The notes: generated by a model from the letters alone, not told the origin. Positions 48,812 through 58,615 are shown, numbered from the stretch's first letter. The stretch: DNA of 64,000 nucleotides from Gemmatimonadales bacterium (GCA_050183815.1 JBFXAY010000006.1:49208-113207); one strand, 5' to 3'. Made by a program: numbers and translations.

Positions 48812-49711
48812 ATGACGGACCGGGAAAACCATCTCGATGTCCTGGAGGCGGAGGCGGTTTTCGTCCTGCGGGAAGTGGCGGCCGAGGTGGAACGGGCCGC
48901 CCTGCTGTTTTCGGGGGGCAAGGATTCCACGGTCCTCCTGCACCTGGCCCGGAAGGCGTTCGCGCCCGCGCGGGTTCCGTTCGCCCTTCTGCATGTCGAT
49001 ACCGGACACAACTTCGACGAGGTGATCGCGTTCCGGGACATGGTCGCCCGGGGGCACCGGCTGATGGTTGCGTCGGTGCAGGACTCGATCGATGCCGGCC
49101 GGGTTCGCGAGGAGCGTGGGCCCCGGAGCAGCCGCAACCGGCTCCAGTCGGTCACCCTCCTCGATGCAGTGGCGGAGCACCGGCTGGGCGCCCTGATCGG
49201 CGGCGCACGGCGCGACGAGGACAAGGCCCGGGCCAAGGAGCGGGTGGCGAGCATCCGGGACGAGTTCGGGCAGTGGAATCCCCGCCAGCAGCGGCCGGAA
49301 CTCTGGCAACTCTACAATCTCCGCCATCGGGCCTCGGAGCACCTTCGGATCTTTCCGCTCTCCAACTGGACCGAGCTGGACGTCTGGCGGTATGTGGAAC
49401 GGGAAGGGATCGAGCTGCCGTCGCTCTACTTTGCGCACCGGCGCGAGGTGTTCCGGCGGGACGGGATGTGGTTCGCCGCGATCGCGGCGGTCGAGCGGCT
49501 GCCGGGAGAGGTCGTGGAGACGCGGAGCGTGCGGTTCCGGACCGTCGGGGACGCCACCTGCACCGGCGCGGTCGAATCGGAGGCTGCTACCGTTGCGGCG
49601 GTGATCGCCGAGATCGCCGCCTCGCGCCTGACGGAACGGGGTGCCACCCGGGCCGACGACCGGATCAGCGACGCGGGGATGGAAGACCGGAAGCGCGAGG
49701 GGTACTTCTGA
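48812..49711 (+). CDS. cysD: Sulfate adenylyltransferase subunit 2
   Basis: Start at ATG 48812. PAPS-reductase-fold P-loop FSGGKDS and conserved ...HVDTGHNF..., ...WNPRQQRPELW... blocks. Confidence 0.93.
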   Translation: MTDRENHLDVLEAEAVFVLREVAAEVERAALLFSGGKDSTVLLHLARKAFAPARVPFALLHVDTGHNFDEVIAFRDMVARGHRLMVASVQDSIDAGRVREERGPRSSRNRLQSVTLLDAVAEHRLGALIGGARRDEDKARAKERVASIRDEFGQWNPRQQRPELWQLYNLRHRASEHLRIFPLSNWTELDVWRYVEREGIELPSLYFAHRREVFRRDGMWFAAIAAVERLPGEVVETRSVRFRTVGDATCTGAVESEAATVAAVIAEIAASRLTERGATRADDRISDAGMEDRKREGYF

Positions 49712-50982
49712 TGGACCTCCTCCGCCTCGCCACGGCCGGCTCGGTCGATGACGGCAAGAGCACTCTGATCGGCCGCCTCCTCTTCGACACCCGTCAGATC
49801 CTCGACGACCAGCTCGCGGCGGTCGAACAGAGCAGCCGGGAGCGGGGCTTCGACTACGTCAACCTGGCGCTGCTGACCGACGGTCTCCGGGCCGAGCGGG
49901 AGCAGGGGATCACGATCGACGTCGCGTACCGGTATTTCGCGACGCCGCGGCGGAAGTTCATCATCGCGGATACGCCGGGACACGTGCAGTACACCCGGAA
50001 CATGGTCACCGGCGCCTCGACCGCGGATGTGGCGCTGGTGCTGGTCGATGCGCGGAAGGGACTGGTCGAGCAGTCCCGCCGCCACGCGCTGATCGCGTCG
50101 CTCCTCGGGGTGCGGCATCTCGTGGTCTGCGTCAACAAGATGGATCTGGTGGACTATTCCGCCTCAGTTTTCGACGCGATCCGGGAGGAATTCGGCCGGT
50201 TCGCCGCCCGGCTCGAATTCGGTGACGTCGTCTTTGTCCCGATTGCGGCGCTGCACGGCGACAACGTGGCCGAGAAGTCGGACCGGATGCCGTGGTACGA
50301 GGGACCGAGCCTGCTCTGGCATCTCGAGAACGTGTACATCGCGTCGGACCGGAACCTCATCGATGCCCGGTTCCCGGTGCAGGGCGTGATCCGGCCGATG
50401 ACGGGCGAACACCACGACTATCGGGGCCTCACGGGTCAGGTCGTGGCCGGGGTGTTTCGTCCCGGCGACGAGATCATGGTGCTGCCGGCCCGCCAAGTGA
50501 CCCGGATCGCCGGCATCGACCTGGGAGGGCAGCCGCGCGACGAGGTCCGCGCGCCGGTCTCCGCCACACTGCGGCTGGCGGACGACCTCGACGTCGGCCG
50601 GGGGGATCTGATCTGCCGGCCGAACAACGCCCCGGAGGTGAGTCAGGCCGTTGAAGCGATGGTGTGCTGGTTCAGCGACCGGCCGATGACGGGCGGCGCC
50701 ACGTACACGCTCAAGCACACGACGCGGTCGGCCCGGGCCCGGATCGACACGCTCCGGTACCGGCTCAACGTCAACTCACTCTCGCGGGAGGAAGGCGCCC
50801 CCGAACTCGGTCTCAACGACATCGGCCGGGTGCTGCTCCGCACGGCGACCCCGATCTGCTACGACGAGTATCGCCGCAACCGGGCCACCGGGAGTTTCAT
50901 TCTCATCGACGAGACGACCCTGGACACCGTCGGCGCCGGGATGATCATCGGGCCGGCGGTGGAATCGGCCGGGTCGCCGTAG
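49711..50982 (+). CDS. cysN: Sulfate adenylyltransferase subunit 1 (GTPase), with no fused APS kinase
   Basis: The ATG at 49711 overlaps the cysD stop. G1 GSVDDGKST, G3 DTPGH, G4 NKMD. 423 aa. Confidence 0.93.
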   Translation: MDLLRLATAGSVDDGKSTLIGRLLFDTRQILDDQLAAVEQSSRERGFDYVNLALLTDGLRAEREQGITIDVAYRYFATPRRKFIIADTPGHVQYTRNMVTGASTADVALVLVDARKGLVEQSRRHALIASLLGVRHLVVCVNKMDLVDYSASVFDAIREEFGRFAARLEFGDVVFVPIAALHGDNVAEKSDRMPWYEGPSLLWHLENVYIASDRNLIDARFPVQGVIRPMTGEHHDYRGLTGQVVAGVFRPGDEIMVLPARQVTRIAGIDLGGQPRDEVRAPVSATLRLADDLDVGRGDLICRPNNAPEVSQAVEAMVCWFSDRPMTGGATYTLKHTTRSARARIDTLRYRLNVNSLSREEGAPELGLNDIGRVLLRTATPICYDEYRRNRATGSFILIDETTLDTVGAGMIIGPAVESAGSP

Positions 50983-52345
50983 TAGCGATCTCCGCCTCCG
51001 CCGGGGAGCCCCGACCCGAGCGCCTGAGCCAGCTGGTGTAGAGGGTGTCGCCGATGATCAACCGGCGCACCACAACGGCGAACACCACGGCCAGCATCAG
51101 CGGTAGCAGGAGGCCATAGTCGCGGGTCACCTCGAAGACGAAGAGAATCCCGGTGATCGGCGCGCCGGTAGCCGCCGCCAGCATGGCTCCCATTCCCACC
51201 ACGACGTAGGCGCTGGTTTCGATCGGCAGGTTCGGAAAGCCGATGCCGAAGAGCCCGGCGACGGCGCTCCCGACCAGCGCTCCGGTAAAGAGCGAGGGCG
51301 CAAACACCCCACCGGACCCACCGGTATTGAGCGTGACCGCCGTGGCAATCACCTTGCCGACCGCCAGTACCAGCGCCAGGTACCACGGCAGCATGATGAT
51401 GCTGTCGAGGTGGATCTCGGTGCTGCCGCGGCTCGCGAGGAGGCCGCCCGACGCCGTCACAATGAGCCCGACGATGATGCCGCCCAGCCACGGCCGGAGC
51501 TGGGGGTGGACCTGGCGGCGCCAGCGATGGCGCGCGAGGGTGTCCTCGAGCCGGACGAAGAAGCCGGCGACCAGGCCGGCGGCGATTCCGAGGACCGGGA
51601 AGAAGACGAGGATCTCCCGGTAGAAGGTGTAGCCGGCCGCTACTGGCGTCGGGAATGCGGGGTGCGGGCCAAGAATCGCCGACGAAAAGACGGCTGCCGT
51701 GACGCTGCTGATCACGACCGGCGCGAATGCCACCGTCGAAAACGATTTGAGGATCTCCTCGAGCGCGAAGAACGCACCGGCGAGCGGGGCGTTGAAGGCC
51801 GCCGCGATGCCGGCGGCCGCGCCGGCTCCCACGAGGACCCTGGTCCGGGCGACCCGCAGCCGGAGCCGCTGGGCGAGTTGGGAACCGAGCACCGCCCCGA
51901 GCACCGCAATCGGCGCCTCGGCGCCGGCCGAACCGCCGCCGCTGATCGTGACGGCCGAGGCCACGGTCTTGGCGGCGGCCGGCCGGGCCGGCAACTGGCC
52001 CGAGCGGGAGGTGACGGCGGTGTAGACGTCGGGGATATTGAGGCCGTCGTAGGAATCGCCGAGGCGGCGGACGATCCACGCCGCGAGGGCCACCCCGGCG
52101 CCGGTCAGCAGCGGCCGATAGAACCATTCGCCGCCCCACGCGAGGCGCTTCACGGGCCAGGCGAAGATGCCGGAGTAGGCCAGGGCCAGCAATTTGTAGA
52201 ACAGCGCCGCCGCGAGCGCGCCGAGGATGCCGGTGAGCACCGCCAGGCCGAGGATGACGACGTCTTCTGATGACGGTTCCCGCTGGATCCGGCGGAGGAA
52301 CAGCACCCAGGTGCGGCGGACCTGGTAGGTGATCGTCGGGAGCAC
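50945..52345 (-). CDS. ClC-family voltage-gated chloride channel / Cl-/H+ antiporter
   Basis: 466 aa. Selectivity-filter-like motifs GSAGAEAP (GSGIP-like), GGVFAPS (G(K/R)EGP / GxFxP family blocks), 10+ TM. Confidence 0.85.
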   Translation of the reverse strand: MLPTITYQVRRTWVLFLRRIQREPSSEDVVILGLAVLTGILGALAAALFYKLLALAYSGIFAWPVKRLAWGGEWFYRPLLTGAGVALAAWIVRRLGDSYDGLNIPDVYTAVTSRSGQLPARPAAAKTVASAVTISGGGSAGAEAPIAVLGAVLGSQLAQRLRLRVARTRVLVGAGAAAGIAAAFNAPLAGAFFALEEILKSFSTVAFAPVVISSVTAAVFSSAILGPHPAFPTPVAAGYTFYREILVFFPVLGIAAGLVAGFFVRLEDTLARHRWRRQVHPQLRPWLGGIIVGLIVTASGGLLASRGSTEIHLDSIIMLPWYLALVLAVGKVIATAVTLNTGGSGGVFAPSLFTGALVGSAVAGLFGIGFPNLPIETSAYVVVGMGAMLAAATGAPITGILFVFEVTRDYGLLLPLMLAVVFAVVVRRLIIGDTLYTSWLRRSGRGSPAEAEIATTATRPIPPPAR

Positions 52346-52347
52346 CG

Positions 52348-52890
52348 CTACCGCTCCGACTCGAGTTCGACCCCGAGGCCGTCCGCGATCCGGTTGACGT
52401 ACGCGAAGTAGGCGACGATCACGCAGGCGTCGTGGATGGCCCGGTCGTCGAGGCCCGCGGTCCGGAGCGCGACGATATCGCCCGCGGTGACGCCGGCGGG
52501 CCGCTGCGTGAGCCGCTCAGCGTAGCGCACGAGCGCTTGTTCGGCGGGATCCAGGTCGGCGGCCGCGGCCGCGGCCTCGGTCTGGAGGGCGGCCACCAGG
52601 GCGTCCTGCCGGTCCTTCGGCAGTCCCTCCGCGGCGAGCAGCTGACGGAGACCCGCTCCGTGGTGGTGAATTCAATACCGGCATTCGTTGAGCGCCGACA
52701 CCCGGACCGCGAGAATTTCGCGGGTCCGCCGGGACAACGGGCCGGGCCCGTGCATGGCCGTGCGGTAAAGGTCGAAGTGGTTGCGCATCGCCGCCGGGTG
52801 AATGGCGTGGATCTGGATGATGTTGTCCGGATCGGGCACCCGGGCTTCGGGGTCCAGCTCGGAATCGGGGCGATAACGGATGAAAGCCAT
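52348..52890 (-). CDS. AhpD/carboxymuconolactone-decarboxylase-family peroxidase-related selenoprotein, with in-frame TGA 52674-52672 read as Sec (CRYU motif)
   Basis: Two same-frame track ORFs (52672-52890 and 52348-52596) join through a single TGA: ...ILAVRVSALNECRY-U-IHHHGAGLRQLLAAEGLPKDRQDALVAALQTE... The TGA sits at the second Cys of the family N.C.YC...H motif. A hairpin lies 11 nt downstream. Confidence 0.8.
52645..52661 (-). promoter_or_regulatory. SECIS-like hairpin downstream of the AhpD-like TGA
   Basis: Minus-strand RNA ACGGAG-CGGGU-CUCCGU: a 6-bp stem with a 5-nt G/U loop, starting 11 nt after the UGA. Confidence 0.5.
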
Positions 52891-52980
52891 GGCGGGACGG
52901 TTCGGGTTCCGTGGAAACTAGTCCCCATCGGGGCCTTCGCCTACCTTCCCGTCTCTCTCCTTCCGACTCGAGGCACTCCG

Positions 52981-53502
52981 ATGACCAGACTGCTGGCGCT
53001 CGTGGTACTTGGCGCGGTGCTTCCGGCGACCGTGGCAGCGCAAGGAGCCGAGGCGCGCCTTCGGGAACTCAAGATCACCCTGCCCGAGGTCGCTCCGCCG
53101 CTGGCCAATTACCTGCCGGCCGTCCGGTCCGGAAACCTTGTGTTCCTGGCGGGGCACGGCCCGGCGCAGCCCTGGGGGCCGACGGCCACGGGAAAGGTCG
53201 GCCGCGACCTCACGGTGGAGCAGGGCTACGAGGCGGCGCGCAACGTCGGGATCAACTTGCTGGCCTCGCTCAAGGCCGAGGTCGGCAGCCTCGACAAGGT
53301 CAGGCGGATCGTGAAGGTGCTGGGGATGGTCAACTCCGCCGAGGGTTTCGGCCAGCAGCCCGAGGTGATCAACGGGTTTTCCGATCTCATGGTGTCGGTC
53401 TTCGGGCCGCGCGGCAAACACGCCCGCTCGGCCGTGGGCATGGCGGCGCTGCCGCGCGGCCTGTCGGTCGAGATCGAGATGATCGTCGAAGTCGAGCCGT
53501 AG
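52981..53502 (+). CDS. RidA/YjgF/L-PSP family protein with an N-terminal signal peptide
   Basis: Start at ATG 52981 (MTRLLALVVLGAVLPATVAAQG). C-terminal RSAVGMAALPRGLSVEIEMIVEV signature. Confidence 0.85.
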   Translation: MTRLLALVVLGAVLPATVAAQGAEARLRELKITLPEVAPPLANYLPAVRSGNLVFLAGHGPAQPWGPTATGKVGRDLTVEQGYEAARNVGINLLASLKAEVGSLDKVRRIVKVLGMVNSAEGFGQQPEVINGFSDLMVSVFGPRGKHARSAVGMAALPRGLSVEIEMIVEVEP

Positions 53503-53517
53503 GCCGGGCGCGCCCGG

Positions 53518-56091
53518 GTGCATCCGTCCCGCGATCATCAGCTGCCGGTCGACCCGGCTGCGTACCGGGCCGCGCGGCATCCGCGCGGCCGGGTGATCGT
53601 CATCGCCCCGACCCGGGCCGCCTGCGAGACGATCGAGCTGGCCCTCGGGACCGAAATCGAAACCCTGCTGATGCGGGAGCACGGCCCGACGCTGGTGGAC
53701 TGGGCCGAGCGGCGGCAGGCATTCGGGATCGTGGCCGGCACCGGGACCGGGAAGACGCTGGCGGTCCGGCCGATCGCGCAGGCCCTGTTGGGCGAGAGTC
53801 TTCGGTACGGGGTGGTGAACCGGGAACGGGAGGCCACCCCCGAAACGCCGACCTGGAACGTGGTCGTCGTCACCACGGGCATCGCGCGGCGGTGGTTCCA
53901 GGATGAGCTGATCTCCGGCCGCGACACGTTGGTCGTGGACGAGATTCACCAGACGTCCGCCGAACTGGAACTCTGCCTGGCGCTCGGAAAGCGGGCCGGG
54001 TGCCGGTTCATCTGGCTCTCCGCCACGGTCGATCCATCCTTCTATTCGAGCTATCTCCGGAGCGACCATGTCCTCGAGACCAGTGCCTTCGACCCCGCCC
54101 TCCGGGCCCGCGTCGAGGTGGTGGCCAAGGACGTCGACGACTTTCTCGACGAGCGCTACATCCGGAAGATCATTCGGGAGGGGCGCGGCGTGGCCGTGTT
54201 CGTGCCGACCCGGGCCGAAGTCGAACGGCTGGCCGGCAAACTCGGCGCCCGGTGGAACCGGCTCAACGCCGCGTTCTATCATGGCGGCGAGCCGATCCGG
54301 GTGATCCGGCCGTTTCTCGAAGGCCAGGTCGAGAAACCGTTCCTGCTGGCGATGACGGCCGCCGGCCAGTCGGCGATCAACGTGCCCGGACTCGACACCG
54401 TGGTGATCTACGACGCCCGCTATGGCAACGTGGTCGACCGCGGGCGCAACGTGCTCCACCGGCTCTATCTCGGTGCCAACGAGATCCTCCAGATGGCCGG
54501 GCGGGTGCATGGCCGGGTAGCCCGGGGCGAGGTGTCCATTCTGACGAACCGGCCGCTCCGGTTCCAGGACCTCCGCCCGACCCCGCCCGACTTCCAGTTG
54601 GCCGGTGACGCCGAGCGGGTGGCGCTGACTTGTGCCGCGATCGGGGTCGACGCCACGGATCTGGAACTGCCCGTGCCGCTCGACAAGGTGGCCTATCGCC
54701 GGGCGCTCGAAGTTCTGACGACCCGCGGTCTGGTGGCCGGCGGACGGCTCACCGATTTCGGCCGCGACGTCGAGGCGATGCCGGTCGAGCGGCCGTGGGG
54801 CGAACTGCTGGTGAAAGCCGATCCGCAACTCGCGCCGGTCCTCGCGGTCGCGGCCAGCGTGGACTCGCTCCATCGGATGACCAGGGAAGACCGGGACCTG
54901 CATGGGGTCGCGGTGCCCGGGAGCGACCACCTCACGACCTACAACATCTACGCCGAGGCCGTCAACCGGTTCGGGTCGGTCGGCAAGGTCTACGGGCTCG
55001 AGCGCCATCTGTTCGGGGACGGCTTCGACGAATGGGCCGAGGAACGCGGCGTGCTGGCCAAAGCGATCGAGGACGCGGCGATGGGCATGGCGTCGATCTA
55101 TCGCTCGCTCGAGCTGGGCCTGCCGCGCGGTCTCCCCTATGCGACCAAGGATCTTCGCCAGCGGTTCGTCGAGTTGGTCGCGGAGGTGATGCCGTTCGAC
55201 CTGGTGATCGACGAGGAGACGGCCGACGGGCAGGACGCCCGGGTGTCGAAGACGTCGCTCGCGGGAACCTGGGGGGCGATCGCCGGATCGATCCGGTACT
55301 TCGCCGACCGGTTCGGGACTCCGCGGGCGTCGATCGAGGGGACGACGATTCCGCTCGATCTGGTCCGCCGCTTTGCGATTCGGGGCAACCCCGTCGTGGC
55401 CGTGGCCGGACCGCGAAAGCATCAGGGGTTCATCGTGACGCACACGCTGAGCTACCACGGCTTCGAACTCGAGACGATCGACGAGCCGTTGTCGGGCCAG
55501 GTCCCCGAGGCCCTCCGGGCGAGCGCCGTCGATGCCCTCGTGGACGGACTGGTCGAGGGAAGCGTTGCCCACGCCGATCATGGGCGCGTCCGGCGGGCGG
55601 TGCGATCGCTGGACGAGTACTGGCGGCGGTCCGGCGGATCGGAGCCCGCGGTGGCGCCGGACCGGATTCGTGAGGCCCTCCGTGCCGAACTCGAGGGGGT
55701 GGACAGCTGGCGGGCGTTCCAGGGCCGAAGCCTCGACCTCGATGCCGAGCGGTTCCTGCCGGCCGGGCGCCGGGCCGCGCTGGACGCCTTGCCGGGTACC
55801 ATCCATCTCCTTGGCGATGCCACGGCACTCGAGTACGCGATCGAGCGCGGTCAGGGCGTGGTGCGCCTTCGGCTGCGGGAGGGGCAGGCCCGGCGGCTCA
55901 ATCCAGGCCACCTTCCGGATTTCGACCGGCCGGTCCGGTTCCTGGTGGCCCGGGGCGGCGAGGCGCCGCTGGAAGCGGAGAGTCTCGAGGCGTTGGGGGC
56001 GTTGCTCCGGAAGCCCTCACCGAAGGTCCATCCTCATCGCCACCGCAAGCAGAAGCGCCGGATTCCGAAGCCGGGCCGGCGGCGAAGGTAG
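53518..56091 (+). CDS. DEAH/RHA-like superfamily-2 ATP-dependent helicase (DEIH box) with a long C-terminal extension
   Basis: 857 aa. Motif I AGTGTGKT, II VVDEIHQ, III LSAT, V/VI TAAGQSAINVPG...QMAGRVHGR. Lys/Arg-rich C-terminal tail. Confidence 0.8.
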   Translation: MHPSRDHQLPVDPAAYRAARHPRGRVIVIAPTRAACETIELALGTEIETLLMREHGPTLVDWAERRQAFGIVAGTGTGKTLAVRPIAQALLGESLRYGVVNREREATPETPTWNVVVVTTGIARRWFQDELISGRDTLVVDEIHQTSAELELCLALGKRAGCRFIWLSATVDPSFYSSYLRSDHVLETSAFDPALRARVEVVAKDVDDFLDERYIRKIIREGRGVAVFVPTRAEVERLAGKLGARWNRLNAAFYHGGEPIRVIRPFLEGQVEKPFLLAMTAAGQSAINVPGLDTVVIYDARYGNVVDRGRNVLHRLYLGANEILQMAGRVHGRVARGEVSILTNRPLRFQDLRPTPPDFQLAGDAERVALTCAAIGVDATDLELPVPLDKVAYRRALEVLTTRGLVAGGRLTDFGRDVEAMPVERPWGELLVKADPQLAPVLAVAASVDSLHRMTREDRDLHGVAVPGSDHLTTYNIYAEAVNRFGSVGKVYGLERHLFGDGFDEWAEERGVLAKAIEDAAMGMASIYRSLELGLPRGLPYATKDLRQRFVELVAEVMPFDLVIDEETADGQDARVSKTSLAGTWGAIAGSIRYFADRFGTPRASIEGTTIPLDLVRRFAIRGNPVVAVAGPRKHQGFIVTHTLSYHGFELETIDEPLSGQVPEALRASAVDALVDGLVEGSVAHADHGRVRRAVRSLDEYWRRSGGSEPAVAPDRIREALRAELEGVDSWRAFQGRSLDLDAERFLPAGRRAALDALPGTIHLLGDATALEYAIERGQGVVRLRLREGQARRLNPGHLPDFDRPVRFLVARGGEAPLEAESLEALGALLRKPSPKVHPHRHRKQKRRIPKPGRRRR

Positions 56092-56143
56092 GCAGGGCCG
56101 GCGTCGTCTCCCAGCCACGGGCAATGACACCAAGGAGCGGCAG

Positions 56144-57631
56144 ATGAGTGCGCGACCCCTCATGAGAACCCCGGCCGGTTGGGCCGCCTCGCTGGCCGGA
56201 TCGGTGATCCTGGCCGGGTGCGCCGGCGGGGCCTCGATGCCGGCGGCCGATGCCGCCCGAATGAACCGGATCGTCGGCAATCTCCGGCCACCGGTCGTCG
56301 TCGAAGGCACGACCCCGGCGACCTATCGGCTCGACGACCGACTCGCCCGTCATCGTGTGCCCGGTGTCTCGATTGCCGTGGTGGACAGCGGCCGGATCGT
56401 GTGGGCCCACGGCTTCGGCCTCAAGGAAGCCGGCACCGCCGACTCGGTGACCGCGGCCACGCTGTTCCAGGCGGCCTCGATCTCGAAGCCGGTCACCGCG
56501 ACCGCGATGCTGCGACTCGTCGAGCAAGGCACGCTGTCGCTGGACGAACCGGTGAATCGTTATCTCAAGTCGTGGCAGGTCCCCGAGAACCGCTTCACCG
56601 CGCTGGCCCCGGTTACGCTCCGGCGGATCGTCAGTCACTCTGCCGGCCTCACGGTACACGGCTTTCCCGGCTACGCCGTCACCGACTCGATTCCCTCCGT
56701 CGGGCAAGTTCTCGACGGGCTCAAGCCGGCCAACACGGCCCCGGTGCGGGTCGACACGGTTCCCGGCGCGATCTGGCGCTATTCGGGTGGCGGCACCACG
56801 GTGATGCAGCTGCTCCTGACGGATGTGACCGGCGAGGCGTTCCCCGCGCTCATGCAGCGGCTCGTGCTCGGCCCCGTGGGCATGACCTCGAGCGGCTACG
56901 ACCAGCCGCTGCCCGAGGCTCGGCGGGGCGTGGAGTCGGCGGCGCACGATCGCACCGGCGCCGTGATTGCGGGCCGCTGGCATGTCTATCCCGAAATGGC
57001 GGCCGCCGGTCTCTGGACCACGCCGACGGATCTGCTCAGATGGGCCATGGCCATCGCGGCGGCGAGGGCCGGCCGCGATTCGTCGCTGCTGTCGCCCCGG
57101 ATGGCCACCGCAATGCTCACGCTGCAGCACGGCACCTCCGGTCTTGGCCCGATGCTCACCGGGGCCGGCCGCTCGTTCCGGTTCGGCCACGGGGGAGCCA
57201 ACGAGGGTTTCCGCTGCGATCTGGTCTATTTCCCCGAGACCGGGCAAGGTGCTGCCGTGATGAGCAACGGCGACAACGGCGGGGCCCTGGTTCAGGAGGT
57301 GATGCTCGCGATCGCGGCGGAGTACGGGTGGCCCGACTACGGACCGAAGAAGCTCACGCTGATTTCCCGGCCGGCGAGCGAGTTCGCGCCGTTCCTGGGC
57401 CGGTTCTCGATCACCGAACCGCAGGCGGTCACCATCGAGGTCAGCGCCGACGGCGACAAGTTGTTCGTCGAAGCGGCGGGTGTCATGCCGCGGTCCGAGG
57501 TCGGTTTCGTTGCAGCCGACCGGGTTGCGAGTCTCGAGTCGGGCGACGAATTGACGTTCGTGCTCGACCGCCGCGGTGCCGCGAGCGCGATTCGCTTCGC
57601 GGGTTACACCTTCGAGCGGGACCGGCGGTGA
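56144..57631 (+). CDS. Serine hydrolase (class C beta-lactamase / PBP4*-like family), lipoprotein
   Basis: Start at ATG 56144 (AGGAG SD), lipobox LAGC, and the S-x-x-K motif ASISKPVT. Confidence 0.88.
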   Translation: MSARPLMRTPAGWAASLAGSVILAGCAGGASMPAADAARMNRIVGNLRPPVVVEGTTPATYRLDDRLARHRVPGVSIAVVDSGRIVWAHGFGLKEAGTADSVTAATLFQAASISKPVTATAMLRLVEQGTLSLDEPVNRYLKSWQVPENRFTALAPVTLRRIVSHSAGLTVHGFPGYAVTDSIPSVGQVLDGLKPANTAPVRVDTVPGAIWRYSGGGTTVMQLLLTDVTGEAFPALMQRLVLGPVGMTSSGYDQPLPEARRGVESAAHDRTGAVIAGRWHVYPEMAAAGLWTTPTDLLRWAMAIAAARAGRDSSLLSPRMATAMLTLQHGTSGLGPMLTGAGRSFRFGHGGANEGFRCDLVYFPETGQGAAVMSNGDNGGALVQEVMLAIAAEYGWPDYGPKKLTLISRPASEFAPFLGRFSITEPQAVTIEVSADGDKLFVEAAGVMPRSEVGFVAADRVASLESGDELTFVLDRRGAASAIRFAGYTFERDRR

Positions 57632-58611
57632 GCGACGCCGGCCCGGTCCCGACGCTCGAGGCCCTGACGCCGGAGTGTCTCGCCGCGGCCCGGCAGCGGA
57701 TCGCCGGGCGGGTCGTCAGGACGCCGCTGATCCGGTGGTACGATACGACGGACGACCGCGAGGTCTGGCTCAAGCTCGAGACCCTCCAGCCGATCGGGTC
57801 GTTCAAGTTGCGCGGGGCGACGAGCGTGTTGACGTCGGTCGCGCCGGAGGTCCTGGCGGGCGGGGTCGTCACGGCGAGCGCCGGCAACATGGCGCAGGGC
57901 GTGGCCTGGGGTGCCCGCGAACTCGGCGTGCCGTGCACGGTCGTGGTACCCGACCACGCGCCGGTCACCAAGCTCAAGGCGATCGAGCGCCTGGGCGGCC
58001 GGGTCATCCGGATCGGATTCGACGCCTGGTGGCGGGTGCTCGAGGACCGCCGTTTCGAAGGTGCGCCGGGCTTCTTCGTGCACCCCGTGGCCGATACGGA
58101 GGTGATCGCCGGGAACGCCTCGATCGGATTCGAGATCGCCGAGGACCTGCCCGAGGTCGACCTGGTCCTGGTGCCGTTCGGCGGGGGCGGGCTGTCGAGC
58201 GGGATTGCCGCGGCGCTCCGGCAGGCGGCTCCGGCGGCCCGGGTGCTGGCCGTCGAGCCGGAAACCGCCGCCCCGTTCGGCGCCTCGCTCGCGGCCGGGC
58301 GGCCGGTGTCGTTCGACTACCAGCCCAGCTTCATCGACGGCTCGGGAGGCAAGAGCGTCCTGCCCGCGATGTGGCCGATCGCGCGGGCTCTGCTGGCCGG
58401 CGCGGTAGCGGTCAGCCCCGCCGAGGCGGCCGACGCCGTCCGACTGCTGGCGGAGCGGGCCCGCGTGGTGGCCGAAGGAGCCGGCGCGCTGGCACTGGCG
58501 GCGAGCCGGTCGGAGGTATCGGCCGGCCGCCGGATCGTCTGCATCGTGTCGGGCGGGAACATCGATGCGGGGCGGCTGGCCGCGATTCTCGGCGGCCAGG
58601 TCCCGCGCTGA
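57628..58611 (+). CDS. PLP-dependent threonine/serine ammonia-lyase-like enzyme (Trp-synthase beta fold)
   Basis: The GTG at 57628 overlaps the preceding stop. PLP-lysine motif GSFKLRGA and a glycine loop GGGGLSSG. Confidence 0.85.
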   Translation: MSDAGPVPTLEALTPECLAAARQRIAGRVVRTPLIRWYDTTDDREVWLKLETLQPIGSFKLRGATSVLTSVAPEVLAGGVVTASAGNMAQGVAWGARELGVPCTVVVPDHAPVTKLKAIERLGGRVIRIGFDAWWRVLEDRRFEGAPGFFVHPVADTEVIAGNASIGFEIAEDLPEVDLVLVPFGGGGLSSGIAAALRQAAPAARVLAVEPETAAPFGASLAAGRPVSFDYQPSFIDGSGGKSVLPAMWPIARALLAGAVAVSPAEAADAVRLLAERARVVAEGAGALALAASRSEVSAGRRIVCIVSGGNIDAGRLAAILGGQVPR

Positions 58612-58615
58612 GCGG

